64,000 nt of DNA from an uncultured Fidelibacterota bacterium (GTDB lineage: Bacteria > Fidelibacterota > Marinisomatia > Marinisomatales > UBA1611). The stretch is from NCBI GenBank assembly GCA_913043235.1, contig CAJWLO010000006.1, positions 270-64,269 on the forward strand, read 5' to 3'. Of this stretch, positions 8,480-18,045 are shown piece by piece. How positions within the stretch are numbered: the first letter of the stretch is position 1; each line of letters opens with the position of its first letter. The notes below the pieces were generated by a model. That model saw nothing but the letters and a program-made list of their open reading frames with translations. It was not told the origin of the DNA and ran no database searches. Both the position numbers and the translations under genes were made by a program.

Positions 8480-9343
8480 TTAAAATCCTACAGGATGCCA
8501 AGTGGTTTTAGTTTCTTGGGTTTTTAAAATATGGTATGGCCCTTGGGCTGTGTTTTTTCCCCAATCTGTATCGGAATATACAATGGCTCGTTTCACATTC
8601 AAGGCTGCATTGGTTTCCACCAGTTTGATTTTTTCTTTGTCGTTGCCACAATAAATAATGGCATTCACATCCATGTGAGATGAAAAATCATCCAACAGTT
8701 CTTCTCGGTTCCCCGTTAAGATATTCACGACACCGCCGGGGACATCCGATGTGTGTAGCACTTCTGCGAATGAACTGGAGCATAACGGGAACGATTCCGA
8801 TGCTAAAATCACGATAGTATTCCCTCCAGCCATGACAGGTGCCACAATGGAGACAAGCCCTAAAATAGAAGATTCATCTGGAGCAATGACCGCTACCAGA
8901 CCAGTAGATTCTGGTAGGGTGAAATTGAAATAAGGTAAGGATACGGGATTTACGCGACTGAATACTTGCTGGTATTTATCCGTCCAACCGGCATAATAAA
9001 TAAGGCGATCAATCGATTGGTTAATTTCTTTTTCAGCCTGTTTTTTTATGCTGCCTTGTAATATAAGTTCGGCAATAAATCGGTCCCTTGCCCCTTCCAA
9101 CATTTCACCGATCCGATAAATAATTTGTGATCGATTGTAGGCTGTTCTCTCAGACCAACCAATTAAAGCTTTCCGTGCAGCCACAACAGCATTCCGAAAA
9201 TCTTTACGGGAACCACGACAAATATTTATTACGGTTTTATCTTTTGGGCTTTCCCATTTGATATACCGTCCTGATTCCGTCCTTGGGAATTTCCCATCTA
9301 TATAAAGTTTGTATGTTTTTTTAATATGAATTCTTTTATTCAT
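8480..9343 (-). CDS. aldehyde-dehydrogenase-family protein lacking the catalytic domain (probable pseudoenzyme)
   Basis: 287 aa. It aligns to the N-terminal half of the adjacent full-length ALDH (YKLYIDGKF, YYAGWTDK, GGVVNILTG). However, IIPWNFP is replaced by IAPDESS and ELGGK by YSDTDW, and the Cys loop is absent. The stop lies 3 nt before the punA start. Confidence 0.75.
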   Translation of the reverse strand: MNKRIHIKKTYKLYIDGKFPRTESGRYIKWESPKDKTVINICRGSRKDFRNAVVAARKALIGWSERTAYNRSQIIYRIGEMLEGARDRFIAELILQGSIKKQAEKEINQSIDRLIYYAGWTDKYQQVFSRVNPVSLPYFNFTLPESTGLVAVIAPDESSILGLVSIVAPVMAGGNTIVILASESFPLCSSSFAEVLHTSDVPGGVVNILTGNREELLDDFSSHMDVNAIIYCGNDKEKIKLVETNAALNVKRAIVYSDTDWGKNTAQGPYHILKTQETKTTWHPVGF

Positions 9344-9397
9344 TTTCTTTCCGAGTTTTTTTTCTTAGTGGTACTTTGCATTTTTAACGGCTAATAA

Positions 9398-10846
9398 TTA
9401 ATCCAATTCCACATAGCCACGAAGACCTTCAACGCCACCTTCACTACCAATACCACTTTCCTTATATCCGCCAAAAGGTGCACCAGGATCGAATTTATTA
9501 AATGTATTAGCCCAAATCACACCGGCACGAATCTCTTTGGAAACCTTAAAAATCTTCGACCCTTTATTAGTCCATATGCCACCGGAAAGTCCATAAGGCG
9601 TATTGTTCGCTTTGGTGATGACCTCATCCACTGTCCTGAAAGTTTGGATCGCAAGTACTGGCCCAAAAATTTCTTCCTGCACAATTCGATTGGATTGGCT
9701 TACATCGGTGAAAATTGTAGGTGCAAACCAATATCCTTTGTCCGGAAGGTTGCAAGACGATTGATAAATCGTTCCTCCTTCATCCTTTCCCATATTCACA
9801 AACATTTTGATTTTATCAAGCTGTATTATCGAGTTGATGGCACCAATGTCAGTGTTCTTATCTAATGGATCACCAACAACCAAGGTATCCATACGTTTTC
9901 GTAGTTTCGAAATGATTTGGTCTGCTATACCTTCTTGAACATAAAGTCGGGAACCAGCACAGCACACATGTCCCTGATTGAAAAAAATTGAATTAATAAT
10001 TCCTTCCACGGCTTGATCTACCGATGCATCTTCAAAAATAATGTTGGCCGCTTTACCTCCCAACTCCAAGGTGTATTTCTTTCCGGAACCAGCCACTGCT
10101 TTCATGATGTATTTTCCCACTTCAGTACTGCCAGTAAATGCAATCTTGTTAATATCAGAATGATTAACCAAAAATCGACCTGTTTCACCAGCGCCAGTAA
10201 CTATGTTTATAACGCCTGGCGGTAATTCCGCTTCCTGAATGATTTCAGCTAATTTCATGGCGGTGAGAGGCGTTGTCTCAGCCGGTTTTAAAACCAATGT
10301 GTTTCCTGTAGCTAACGCCGGCGCTAATTTCCATGCCGCCATAAGTAAGGGGAAATTCCAAGGAATGATTTGACCTGCTACACCTAATGATTTTGGAGAA
10401 CGCCCCGGAAATGCGTATTGCAATTTATCCGCCCAACCAGCATAATAAAAAAAGTGGGCAGCAGATAAAGGTACATCTACATCTCGGGATTCGCGGATTG
10501 GTTTTCCCCCATCCATGGATTCAATCACAGAAAATTCTCGAGCTCGTTCCTGAAGTAATCGCGCGATACGATAAATGTATTTCCCTCGTTCTTTTGACGC
10601 CATCTTGGACCATATTTTTTCATAAGCTGTCCGTGCAGATTTTACCGCTTTGTCCACATCAGCTTTAGTTGCTTCTGCGACTTTGGCAATCTTTCCCTCT
10701 GTGGCAGGATTTATGGAATCGAAATACTTCCCGCCTGTACTGGGAATGAATTCTCCATTGATAAAAAGATCGTATTGATCTTTCAATGTAATATGACCGG
10801 TGCTTTCCGGTGCTGGGCTGTATGCCCATGATTGTTTTTTATTCAT
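9398..10846 (-). CDS. NAD(P)-dependent aldehyde dehydrogenase
   Basis: Contains the IIPWNFP, LELGGKAANIIF, FFNQGHVCCAGSR and EEIFGPV motifs. I place the start at the internal ATG at 10846 (MNKKQSW..), because the longer track ORF (to 10930) would overlap the deoC 3' end. Confidence 0.9.
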   Translation of the reverse strand: MNKKQSWAYSPAPESTGHITLKDQYDLFINGEFIPSTGGKYFDSINPATEGKIAKVAEATKADVDKAVKSARTAYEKIWSKMASKERGKYIYRIARLLQERAREFSVIESMDGGKPIRESRDVDVPLSAAHFFYYAGWADKLQYAFPGRSPKSLGVAGQIIPWNFPLLMAAWKLAPALATGNTLVLKPAETTPLTAMKLAEIIQEAELPPGVINIVTGAGETGRFLVNHSDINKIAFTGSTEVGKYIMKAVAGSGKKYTLELGGKAANIIFEDASVDQAVEGIINSIFFNQGHVCCAGSRLYVQEGIADQIISKLRKRMDTLVVGDPLDKNTDIGAINSIIQLDKIKMFVNMGKDEGGTIYQSSCNLPDKGYWFAPTIFTDVSQSNRIVQEEIFGPVLAIQTFRTVDEVITKANNTPYGLSGGIWTNKGSKIFKVSKEIRAGVIWANTFNKFDPGAPFGGYKESGIGSEGGVEGLRGYVELD

Positions 10847-10856
10847 ATAGAATTCT

Positions 10857-11756
10857 TTAATCGATTGAAAAATAATCTTTTGATTGATATCGGTCTGTAT
10901 TTTGTTTAATGATTTGCATAAGCACATCATTAGCTAAAGAACTGGCACCAAATCGGAACAGATCTGGTGATAACCAATCACCGCCCAATGTTTCTTTCAC
11001 CATAACTAAATATTGAATCGCTTGTTTAGCAGTGCCAATCCCACCAGCTGGCTTCATGCCAATTTGCTTTCCTGTTTTTGTTTCAAAATCGCGAATGGCT
11101 TCCAACATGGTTAGAACCACTGGTGGTGTTGCGGCAGGAGAAACTTTTCCCGTAGATGTTTTAATAAAATCTGCACCTGCTTCCATAGCAATATCGCTGG
11201 CAAGACGCACATTATCCAGAGTGACCAATTCCCCCGTTTCCAATATAACCTTTAAATGTAATTCACCACAGGCTTCCTTCACTTGGGCAATTTCATCGAA
11301 GACATAAGTGTAATCACCTTGGAGAAACCGACTCCGGGAAATCACCATGTCGATCTCGTCAGCGCCTGCATCAACCACAGATTTCACTTCATGTAGCTTT
11401 GCTCCCAAGTCTATCATCCCGCTGGGGAAAGATGTGGCTACAGACGCAATGTTGATATCCGTCCCTGCCAGTGCTTTTTTGGCAATAGGTACCATGTTGG
11501 GATATACGCAAATAGCTGCCACATTCGGCAAACCAGGAAATTGATCATGAAGATGGGCGGCCTTATAACATAGTTGTTTCACCTTTCCGGAAGAATCTTT
11601 GCCCTCCAGTGTAGTAAGATCAATCATACCCAAAGTCAGATTTAATGCTTGAATCTTGGATTCTTTTTTGATGCTCCTTGAAAAAAGCCGCGTCACACGT
11701 TCCTGAGTATTAATCTGGTCGATGGAGTGAATATATAATTGGTTTTGTATACTCAT
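10857..11756 (-). CDS. deoC: deoxyribose-phosphate aldolase (long form)
   Basis: 299 aa. Contains GMIDLTTLEG, the Schiff-base region ADFIKTSTGK, and the GMKPAGGI tail. Confidence 0.9.
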   Translation of the reverse strand: MSIQNQLYIHSIDQINTQERVTRLFSRSIKKESKIQALNLTLGMIDLTTLEGKDSSGKVKQLCYKAAHLHDQFPGLPNVAAICVYPNMVPIAKKALAGTDINIASVATSFPSGMIDLGAKLHEVKSVVDAGADEIDMVISRSRFLQGDYTYVFDEIAQVKEACGELHLKVILETGELVTLDNVRLASDIAMEAGADFIKTSTGKVSPAATPPVVLTMLEAIRDFETKTGKQIGMKPAGGIGTAKQAIQYLVMVKETLGGDWLSPDLFRFGASSLANDVLMQIIKQNTDRYQSKDYFSID

Positions 11757-11814
11757 AAGATTTTGTTCGTGTAGGGATATTTATAGTAACAATTCAACAT
11801 TAAATACATCATCT

Positions 11815-13152
11815 TCAAAGACAATTTTGAATCTGGTGAACCATATTTTCGGCTTGTTCTTTATTTGGAGCTTCTGCATAGATACGCATGATAGGTTCTG
11901 TATTTGATTTCCGTAGATGAACCCATCGGTCAGTCCAAGTGAATTTTACCCCATCAAGGGTATTTATCTCGAAATTTTCAAAGATAGAAGAAACCTTTTT
12001 GATCAATTGATCCGGGTCAATCCCCTCTAAATTTACTTTTTCTTTCACTATTTCAAATTGTGGCAATGATTGATGAATTTCACTTAATGATCCACTCGAT
12101 TGTGACATACGATTTAATATCATTGTAGCAGCAACCAATGAATCCCGGCCTAGATGTGCTTCCCGCAGAATTATGCCACCATTTCCTTCCCCACCTAATT
12201 TCGAACCTAGTTCGTTCATTTTGTTTACCACATTGATCTCGCCTACAGCAGAGCGAACCACCGAACTTCCTTTTGATTCTGCTAACTTATCCAATGCTAA
12301 TGAAGTGGAAAGATTAGTAACAAATACTTCTTTTTCATCAACATCATTTAAATACCCATCCGCCGCAAGAACTAATGAATACTCTTCCCCAAGTGGCTCA
12401 CCTTTTTCATTTACCACTGCTAGACGATCGGCATCAGGGTCGACAGCAAATCCACCATCTGCATTATTTTCCATCACGATTTTGCAGAGATTAGACAAAT
12501 TCTCCGGTAGTGGTTCCGTTCCCCGCGTGAACTTTCCATTAGGCTCACAATTAAGTTTGATTACTTGACAACCTAATGATTCCAACATGGCCGGAAGGGC
12601 GTGTGCACCAGCGCCATTAACTGCATCAATTACTATGCGAAAATTCCGACATCGAATCCGGTTTAGATCAATACATTTTAAGCCAGCACAGGCAATCACA
12701 TGTTTTTGGATGGCATTCCTCTCTGGCCAAACGATACCTTTTTCATTTGCATCTGAAAGATTGGTCTCAACATCAACCAATTCAAATAATCGATTACAAT
12801 CTTCCTCAGAAAAAAATGTGCTGTTTTTTCCTACAAATTTTAGTCCATTCCATTCAATGGGGTTATGACTCGCAGTAACAATTAATCCGCCAACGGCCTC
12901 TGTCTTGTGAACCATAAATTGCACAGTTGGCGTTGGAACAATACCGCAATGCAGGACAGTCCGTCCCAATCGAGTTAATTGAGTAATTATTGCCTGAATA
13001 ATATCTTCACCAGATGGACGGCTGTCTCGACCTGCTATAATCACACCTGCTGGCAACAATTTATGCAAAGCCTTAGCATAATGCAGAGCAATATCAGGCG
13101 TAAGATGGGAGAATGTGAGTCCGCGGACTCCGGATATACTGCGAATTAACAT
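11815..13152 (-). CDS. alpha-D-phosphohexomutase family enzyme (GlmM-like or phosphopentomutase-like)
   Basis: 445 aa with active-site loop TASHNPIEWNGLKF, the Mg site FAVDPDADR, and an N-terminus SISGVRG. Specificity cannot be read from the sequence. Confidence 0.85.
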   Translation of the reverse strand: MLIRSISGVRGLTFSHLTPDIALHYAKALHKLLPAGVIIAGRDSRPSGEDIIQAIITQLTRLGRTVLHCGIVPTPTVQFMVHKTEAVGGLIVTASHNPIEWNGLKFVGKNSTFFSEEDCNRLFELVDVETNLSDANEKGIVWPERNAIQKHVIACAGLKCIDLNRIRCRNFRIVIDAVNGAGAHALPAMLESLGCQVIKLNCEPNGKFTRGTEPLPENLSNLCKIVMENNADGGFAVDPDADRLAVVNEKGEPLGEEYSLVLAADGYLNDVDEKEVFVTNLSTSLALDKLAESKGSSVVRSAVGEINVVNKMNELGSKLGGEGNGGIILREAHLGRDSLVAATMILNRMSQSSGSLSEIHQSLPQFEIVKEKVNLEGIDPDQLIKKVSSIFENFEINTLDGVKFTWTDRWVHLRKSNTEPIMRIYAEAPNKEQAENMVHQIQNCL

Positions 13153-13210
13153 AAAAAATGATTTTTCTTTAAATTAACAATTGAAATTCGGACGAAAGGA
13201 ATAATGTTCC

Positions 13211-13240
13211 AAAAGAAAAGCCCTACTTAAGCAGGGCTTT
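13211..13240 (-). terminator. intrinsic terminator after rpsU
   Basis: On the minus strand the sequence reads AAAGCCCT-GCTTAAGT-AGGGCTTT followed by TCTTTT. The stem is 8 bp (13217-13224 pairs with 13233-13240). It lies 20 nt past the rpsU stop. Confidence 0.7.
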
Positions 13241-13259
13241 AAAATTATCCTGACGGTTA

Positions 13260-13514
13260 TTACCGTCTTGTAGGTTTGGGCTTGCGCCTACGGTGCCGTA
13301 TGGCGCGCGGATTGTTACGCAATGCTTCTATTCGCGCATTCCTAGCCATTCTCCGAACTGCTTTTTTCCTTGCTTCACGCTTGGCATCACTAGGCTTAAC
13401 ATAAAAGGATCTGGTTCGCACTTCTCTAAGAATTCCAGCACGCTCCCATTGCTTTTTAAAGCGGCGTAACGCCCGCTCTAATGATTCCTTTTCTCTTAAC
13501 TTTACTTCAACCAC
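13260..13514 (-). CDS. rpsU: 30S ribosomal protein S21
   Basis: VEVKLREKESLERALRRFKKQWERAGILREV aligns position for position with E. coli S21 ([21 protein letters not shown]). I place the start at the GTG at 13514, because AAGGAGG lies 8 nt upstream of it. The track start at 13523 sits directly on that SD. The protein has a basic C-terminal tail. Confidence 0.9.
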   Translation of the reverse strand: MVEVKLREKESLERALRRFKKQWERAGILREVRTRSFYVKPSDAKREARKKAVRRMARNARIEALRNNPRAIRHRRRKPKPTRR

Positions 13515-13616
13515 TATTTTCACCTCCTTAAGGGCTACCTGTGGTCTTTGTTATTTTATTATTGTTCGTATAAAAACGCCGGCGATATTAACGGTTGCTC
13601 CTGATACAAACAAGAT

Positions 13617-14384
13617 TTAAACCAAGGCTGAAAATTCCTCTATACTTAATGTTTCTGGCCGGCGAGTAAAATCGATTTTTTCTTTCACCTTTTCGGAGAA
13701 TTCCCAACTCTTAAGAGAATTGTTTAGCATTTTACGCCTCTGGTTAAAGGCTGCGGTCACAATTTTTCTGAATTTAAAATAATGGTCATCTTCCACAAAG
13801 GGCTGATCTATTTTTCTGAAGTAAATTATGGCCGATTTTACTTTAGGCCGGGGAATAAATACTTCTGGAGAAATAGTAAAACAATAGTTTGTTTCCAAAT
13901 AAGCTCCTGCTATTACGGTAAGCCGACCATATGCCTTAGTACCCACTGTAGCTGTTAATCGTTCTGCCATTTCTTTTTGCATCATTATGAAAGCATCGGT
14001 CCAGTAGTCCAGCTGTTTAATCAGCCAGAAAATAATTGGTGAAGTAATATTATAAGGAATATTGCCAATTATGCGTACAGGGTTGGATATTGGCAAGTCT
14101 ACAATATTTTGTAATAGTATATCACCCTGGATTATTTTCAAATTATCAAGATCGGAACGATTCATTAAATGATCAATGAGTATGGGGTCAATTTCAACAG
14201 CTGCCATTTCTTTTACTTCCGGTAGTATTTTTTCTGTTAACACTCCTTCTCCAGGCCCAATTTCCAGTATAGAATCTCCAGGTTGTGGCAGTATGGTTCG
14301 TACAATTTTTCGTAAAATATTTTTATCTGTTAAAAAATTCTGTCCCCATTTTTTCCGGAATGGGTGTTGGGTTTTATCAATCAT
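13617..14384 (-). CDS. rsmA: 16S rRNA (adenine1518/1519-N6)-dimethyltransferase
   Basis: 255 aa. Contains KKWGQNFL, the SAM motif ILEIGPGEGVLT, and NIPYNITS. Confidence 0.9.
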   Translation of the reverse strand: MIDKTQHPFRKKWGQNFLTDKNILRKIVRTILPQPGDSILEIGPGEGVLTEKILPEVKEMAAVEIDPILIDHLMNRSDLDNLKIIQGDILLQNIVDLPISNPVRIIGNIPYNITSPIIFWLIKQLDYWTDAFIMMQKEMAERLTATVGTKAYGRLTVIAGAYLETNYCFTISPEVFIPRPKVKSAIIYFRKIDQPFVEDDHYFKFRKIVTAAFNQRRKMLNNSLKSWEFSEKVKEKIDFTRRPETLSIEEFSALV

Positions 14385-14451
14385 AACAAATTAAAAAAAG
14401 TTAGAATAATAGATATAATTTGTTCATAATATCATATAATAAGCTTGGTTG

Positions 14452-15219
14452 TTAGGATGGCAGATTGAAAAGCGTAGTTGCGTTTTCAGATGTTTTTATT
14501 GTGATAACATCCAAGGATACATTATGGATATCGGCCAGTTTTTCAGCCACAAATCTTGTTCTTCCTGGTTCATTAGGCTTTCCTCGGTATGGGACAGGAC
14601 TCAAATAGGGACAATCTGTTTCAACAAGAATACGATCGAGGGGTAGTTCCTTTGCTACCTCAGGTAAATGGCTATTTTTAAAAGTCAGATTCCCTGCAAA
14701 AGAAATATAATATCCTATATCCAGAAAAGTTTTTGCTATTTCAAGATTACTGGAAAAACAATGGGCAACACCAATCACATCTGGAAAATCTAATAAAACT
14801 TTTAACACGTCTGTATCCGCATCCCGGTTGTGAAAAATAACCGGTTTTTTAATTAATTGGGCTAATCCCATCTGCTCGCGAAAAACACGGTTTTGAATTT
14901 CTGGTTCAGATATATTTCTATAATAATCCAACCCTATTTCTCCTACAGCTATCATTTTATCAGATTTCAGCAGGTTGAAGATTTGGTCAAGATAATCTTT
15001 TGATGTATCCTTTGCATCATGAGGATGAATTCCTGCCGATGCATAAATTTTTTTGTGCGTATTAGCTATTTCTAGACATTCCCTTGATTTTTGTACATTT
15101 GTTCCTACACAAATAAACCGGTCAACACCCAATTTTTCAGCATCATCTAGCACTCTTGAAAGATCTTTTTTTATCTCATCATAATAGAGATGGCAATGTG
15201 TATCAGTCAGCATATTCAA
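14452..15219 (-). CDS. tatD: TatD-family metal-dependent hydrolase
   Basis: 255 aa. Contains the DTHCHL motif, GEIGLDY, and ETDCPYL. Confidence 0.85.
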   Translation of the reverse strand: MNMLTDTHCHLYYDEIKKDLSRVLDDAEKLGVDRFICVGTNVQKSRECLEIANTHKKIYASAGIHPHDAKDTSKDYLDQIFNLLKSDKMIAVGEIGLDYYRNISEPEIQNRVFREQMGLAQLIKKPVIFHNRDADTDVLKVLLDFPDVIGVAHCFSSNLEIAKTFLDIGYYISFAGNLTFKNSHLPEVAKELPLDRILVETDCPYLSPVPYRGKPNEPGRTRFVAEKLADIHNVSLDVITIKTSENATTLFNLPS

Positions 15220-15230
15220 AATATTTTCAT

Positions 15231-15356
15231 CTAATCTTCAATAATATAGAATAAAATATTAAGCCATTTTGGCCGGTTATTTAGCCCAGCAAGAAAAAGC
15301 CGGACACCAAACCACCACGCAATGAATAATAACACCAGCCAAAGAATATCAGCCAT
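15231..15356 (-). CDS. candidate small membrane protein (41 aa), below the ORF-track cutoff
   Basis: My translation is MADILWLVLLFIAWWFGVRLFLAGLNNRPKWLNILFYIIED*. It has one clear TM helix. It sits in the 196-bp metG-tatD gap on the same strand and ends 11 nt before the tatD start. No obvious SD is present. Confidence 0.3.
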   Translation of the reverse strand: MADILWLVLLFIAWWFGVRLFLAGLNNRPKWLNILFYIIED

Positions 15357-15415
15357 AATGCCAAATTGAATTATACAGGTTTATTCTCATCAAACGATTG
15401 AACTCTATTTTAATG

Positions 15416-16912
15416 CTATATTTTTATACGGGGAAATAGAGGGTGGTGATCCCTCAGGTGATTACCTGGTGTAAGGCCTCCCCATTGTAGCAACGCATCT
15501 GAAGCATTTAACGCATCAATTAAAACAGAAGTCCTTTTTGGCATCACAGGGGACAAAAGAACAGCGCTAATACGAAGTGCTTCTGCGGCAGTATATAAAA
15601 TCCGTCCTGCAGATTCTTTATCTTCCTTTACCAGTTTCCATGGAGCATGTTTTTCCATATATTTATTTACACTACGGATATATTGCATAACATCTTCAAT
15701 AGTTTCATTGATTTTCATTTCTTCAATTTTATTACCCAAATTACTGATTAAGATTAGTCCAGCATCTTTGATTTTATTTTCTGATTCATTTAAATCGCCC
15801 GGCTCAGGAATTTTACCATCATAATTCTTTTTAATTAGTGTCGATACACGACTTAAAAGATTACCAAAATCGTTTGCCAAGTCACTGTTATACCTTTTAA
15901 TAAAAGACTCCATCGTGAAATTTGCATCCTGCCCTAGCACCATTTCTCTCATGAGATAATAACGAACCGGATCGACACCATAATCATCAATTAAATCCAT
16001 GGGGTTGATTACATTCCCTTGGGATTTGCTCATTTTTGAATCAGCCATGAGCCACCAGCCATGGGCAAAAATAGACTTGGGTAAATCGATGCGGGCAGAC
16101 ATAAGAATGGTAGGCCAGTAAACAGTGTGTGTTGTTAAGATATCCTTTCCAATTAAATGATAAGAAGCAGGCCACCATTTGTTGAAAGAGCTCTCATTGG
16201 TTCCAAATCCTGGGGAAGTAATATAATTAATGAGTGCATCGAACCAGACATAGGTGACATAATGGGAATCAAAGGGTAATTCGATACCCCAATTCAACCG
16301 TGTTTTAGGTCTAGAAATACAGAGATCATTTAGTGGCTGACGTAAGAATCCTAAAATCTCATTTTTACGATGTTCCGGTTGAATGAATTTTGGATTTGCT
16401 TCAATATGATCAACGAGTGTTTGTTGATATTTGCTCATTTTGAAAAAATAATTTTTCTCTTTGAGTTTCTTAATATCTTGAAAATCACCACTTTCTGCTT
16501 CTTTATCAGTAATGAATCGTTCTTCTGAAACGGAGTATAAACCTTCATATTCTGCTTTATAAATATCACCATTATTCATAACAGTTTGTAGGATATTCCG
16601 TACGACTTCCTTATGGCGTATTTCTGTGGTTCGAATAAAATCATCATTGGAAATATGGAGTTTGGTCCATAGGTCTGTAAAACGCGGTACCATTTCATCA
16701 CAATGCTGCTGGGTTTCAACCCCTCGCTCTGCTGCCGCCTGCTTCACTTTCTGTCCATGCTCATCAAGCCCTGTTAAAAAGAAAGTATCCCTATTCATAT
16801 TGCGATAAAACCTAGCCAATACATCCGCCAAAATAGTTGTGTATGCGTGACCAATATGTGGTTTATCATTAACATAGTATATCGGGGTGGTAATGTAGAA
16901 TGTATCTTTCAT
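15416..16912 (-). CDS. metG: methionine--tRNA ligase (short form)
   Basis: 498 aa. Contains the HIGH motif (KPHIGHAYT) and the KMSKS motif. ATGA overlap with holB. Confidence 0.95.
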   Translation of the reverse strand: MKDTFYITTPIYYVNDKPHIGHAYTTILADVLARFYRNMNRDTFFLTGLDEHGQKVKQAAAERGVETQQHCDEMVPRFTDLWTKLHISNDDFIRTTEIRHKEVVRNILQTVMNNGDIYKAEYEGLYSVSEERFITDKEAESGDFQDIKKLKEKNYFFKMSKYQQTLVDHIEANPKFIQPEHRKNEILGFLRQPLNDLCISRPKTRLNWGIELPFDSHYVTYVWFDALINYITSPGFGTNESSFNKWWPASYHLIGKDILTTHTVYWPTILMSARIDLPKSIFAHGWWLMADSKMSKSQGNVINPMDLIDDYGVDPVRYYLMREMVLGQDANFTMESFIKRYNSDLANDFGNLLSRVSTLIKKNYDGKIPEPGDLNESENKIKDAGLILISNLGNKIEEMKINETIEDVMQYIRSVNKYMEKHAPWKLVKEDKESAGRILYTAAEALRISAVLLSPVMPKRTSVLIDALNASDALLQWGGLTPGNHLRDHHPLFPRIKI

Positions 16913-18045
16913 GACTGTAAGATTTTTTGAATATCCAACAGGAGATTCATTAAAATAAGTGGCATATAAAAATTTTTTGTCATAGTGTTACTGGTTTCTT
17001 CAAGACACAAAGCTATTACAAATAAATCAGCATGAGGATAATCAATTACAAAAGTATCCAGTCCAGGTTTTAATTCTGTTTTATGGAGAAGATCTGGCAT
17101 ATTTTTCCTAAGCCGGTAGGCACTGCGAAACCATAATGAAAATAACCTGAAATGAAATTTAAAGGATGCGAGGTCATGGTTGGCTAGTCTAGCATAGGTT
17201 TGGACAAAAGAACGCCAGCTATCAGTGCTATCACTGGTAATAGTTTGGACCAATTTATCTAATATTGCAATGAGTTCGGTATGCGACTGCTTCATCAAAA
17301 AACGAGCTTGATGAATATTCCCTGAACTAAGCCCGATCATCAAGGAAATATTCTGACTATTGGCACCGTTTTTAAGCAACCAGCCACGTACAAAATCGTT
17401 ATCCAGCCTTGGGACACCCATATGCTGGCAACGGGAAAGAATTGTGGATAATAGAAGTTCTTTATGGTCCGTCACTAACAGTAAAGTTGTATTCTTAGGA
17501 GGTTCTTCTAAAATTTTTAATAGCGCATTTGCTGCTTCACCTTGCCCCGCTGACAAAAGGTGTGCATCAAAAAATAAAACCATTCTTCTGCCAACATTAT
17601 CATCTTTTAGATACAAAGTTTTTCTGAGATCCCGAATTGAGCGAATTAAAATACGATTTGCTTTAGGAATCTGGATTTTATAAAAGGAGTCCAACGCTTT
17701 TTTTTTAATAGCATCTTCTGCAAATCCCAAGGAAATATTATCTAATTCTGTTTCTGCTTTTTTACTTGGAACAGGCAATGGGAACACAAGTTTTAATTTT
17801 TCATGCTGAAGCTGTTTCAACCGTTGGCAGGATGGACAACTATAGCAAGGTAAAATATCAGGCGCCTCACAATTCAAGTACTGAGAAAATGCCAATGCTA
17901 ATGCTTCTTTACCACTCCCTGGAGGGCCAGTAAGTAGATAAGCGCTCCCTAATTGACCAGATGCGGCAATCGAGGCTAGCCGCTCCCAAACCTTTTTTTG
18001 TCCAATCAAAGGGTCAAAAGTTGTTACTGTTTCTTGGTAAGCCAT
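16909..18045 (-). CDS. holB: DNA polymerase III delta-prime subunit
   Basis: 378 aa. Contains a P-loop-like LLTGPPGSGKEALA, the Cys cluster CYSCPSCQRL, and the SRC motif (LSRCQ). Confidence 0.8.
   Translation of the reverse strand: MAYQETVTTFDPLIGQKKVWERLASIAASGQLGSAYLLTGPPGSGKEALALAFSQYLNCEAPDILPCYSCPSCQRLKQLQHEKLKLVFPLPVPSKKAETELDNISLGFAEDAIKKKALDSFYKIQIPKANRILIRSIRDLRKTLYLKDDNVGRRMVLFFDAHLLSAGQGEAANALLKILEEPPKNTTLLLVTDHKELLLSTILSRCQHMGVPRLDNDFVRGWLLKNGANSQNISLMIGLSSGNIHQARFLMKQSHTELIAILDKLVQTITSDSTDSWRSFVQTYARLANHDLASFKFHFRLFSLWFRSAYRLRKNMPDLLHKTELKPGLDTFVIDYPHADLFVIALCLEETSNTMTKNFYMPLILMNLLLDIQKILQS

Noticed and set aside
12173-12868. 131-aa and 93-aa plus-strand ORFs inside the phosphohexomutase gene. 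Similar antisense ORFs occur in holB (17360..17683), the envC-like gene (18787..19092), nfeD (51653..52048), lpxD (59924..60664) and the TPR gene (27850..28248).
   Set aside because: All overlap genes with strong family motifs on the other strand. Their products are low-complexity, Ser/Pro/Phe-rich sequences typical of antisense translation.
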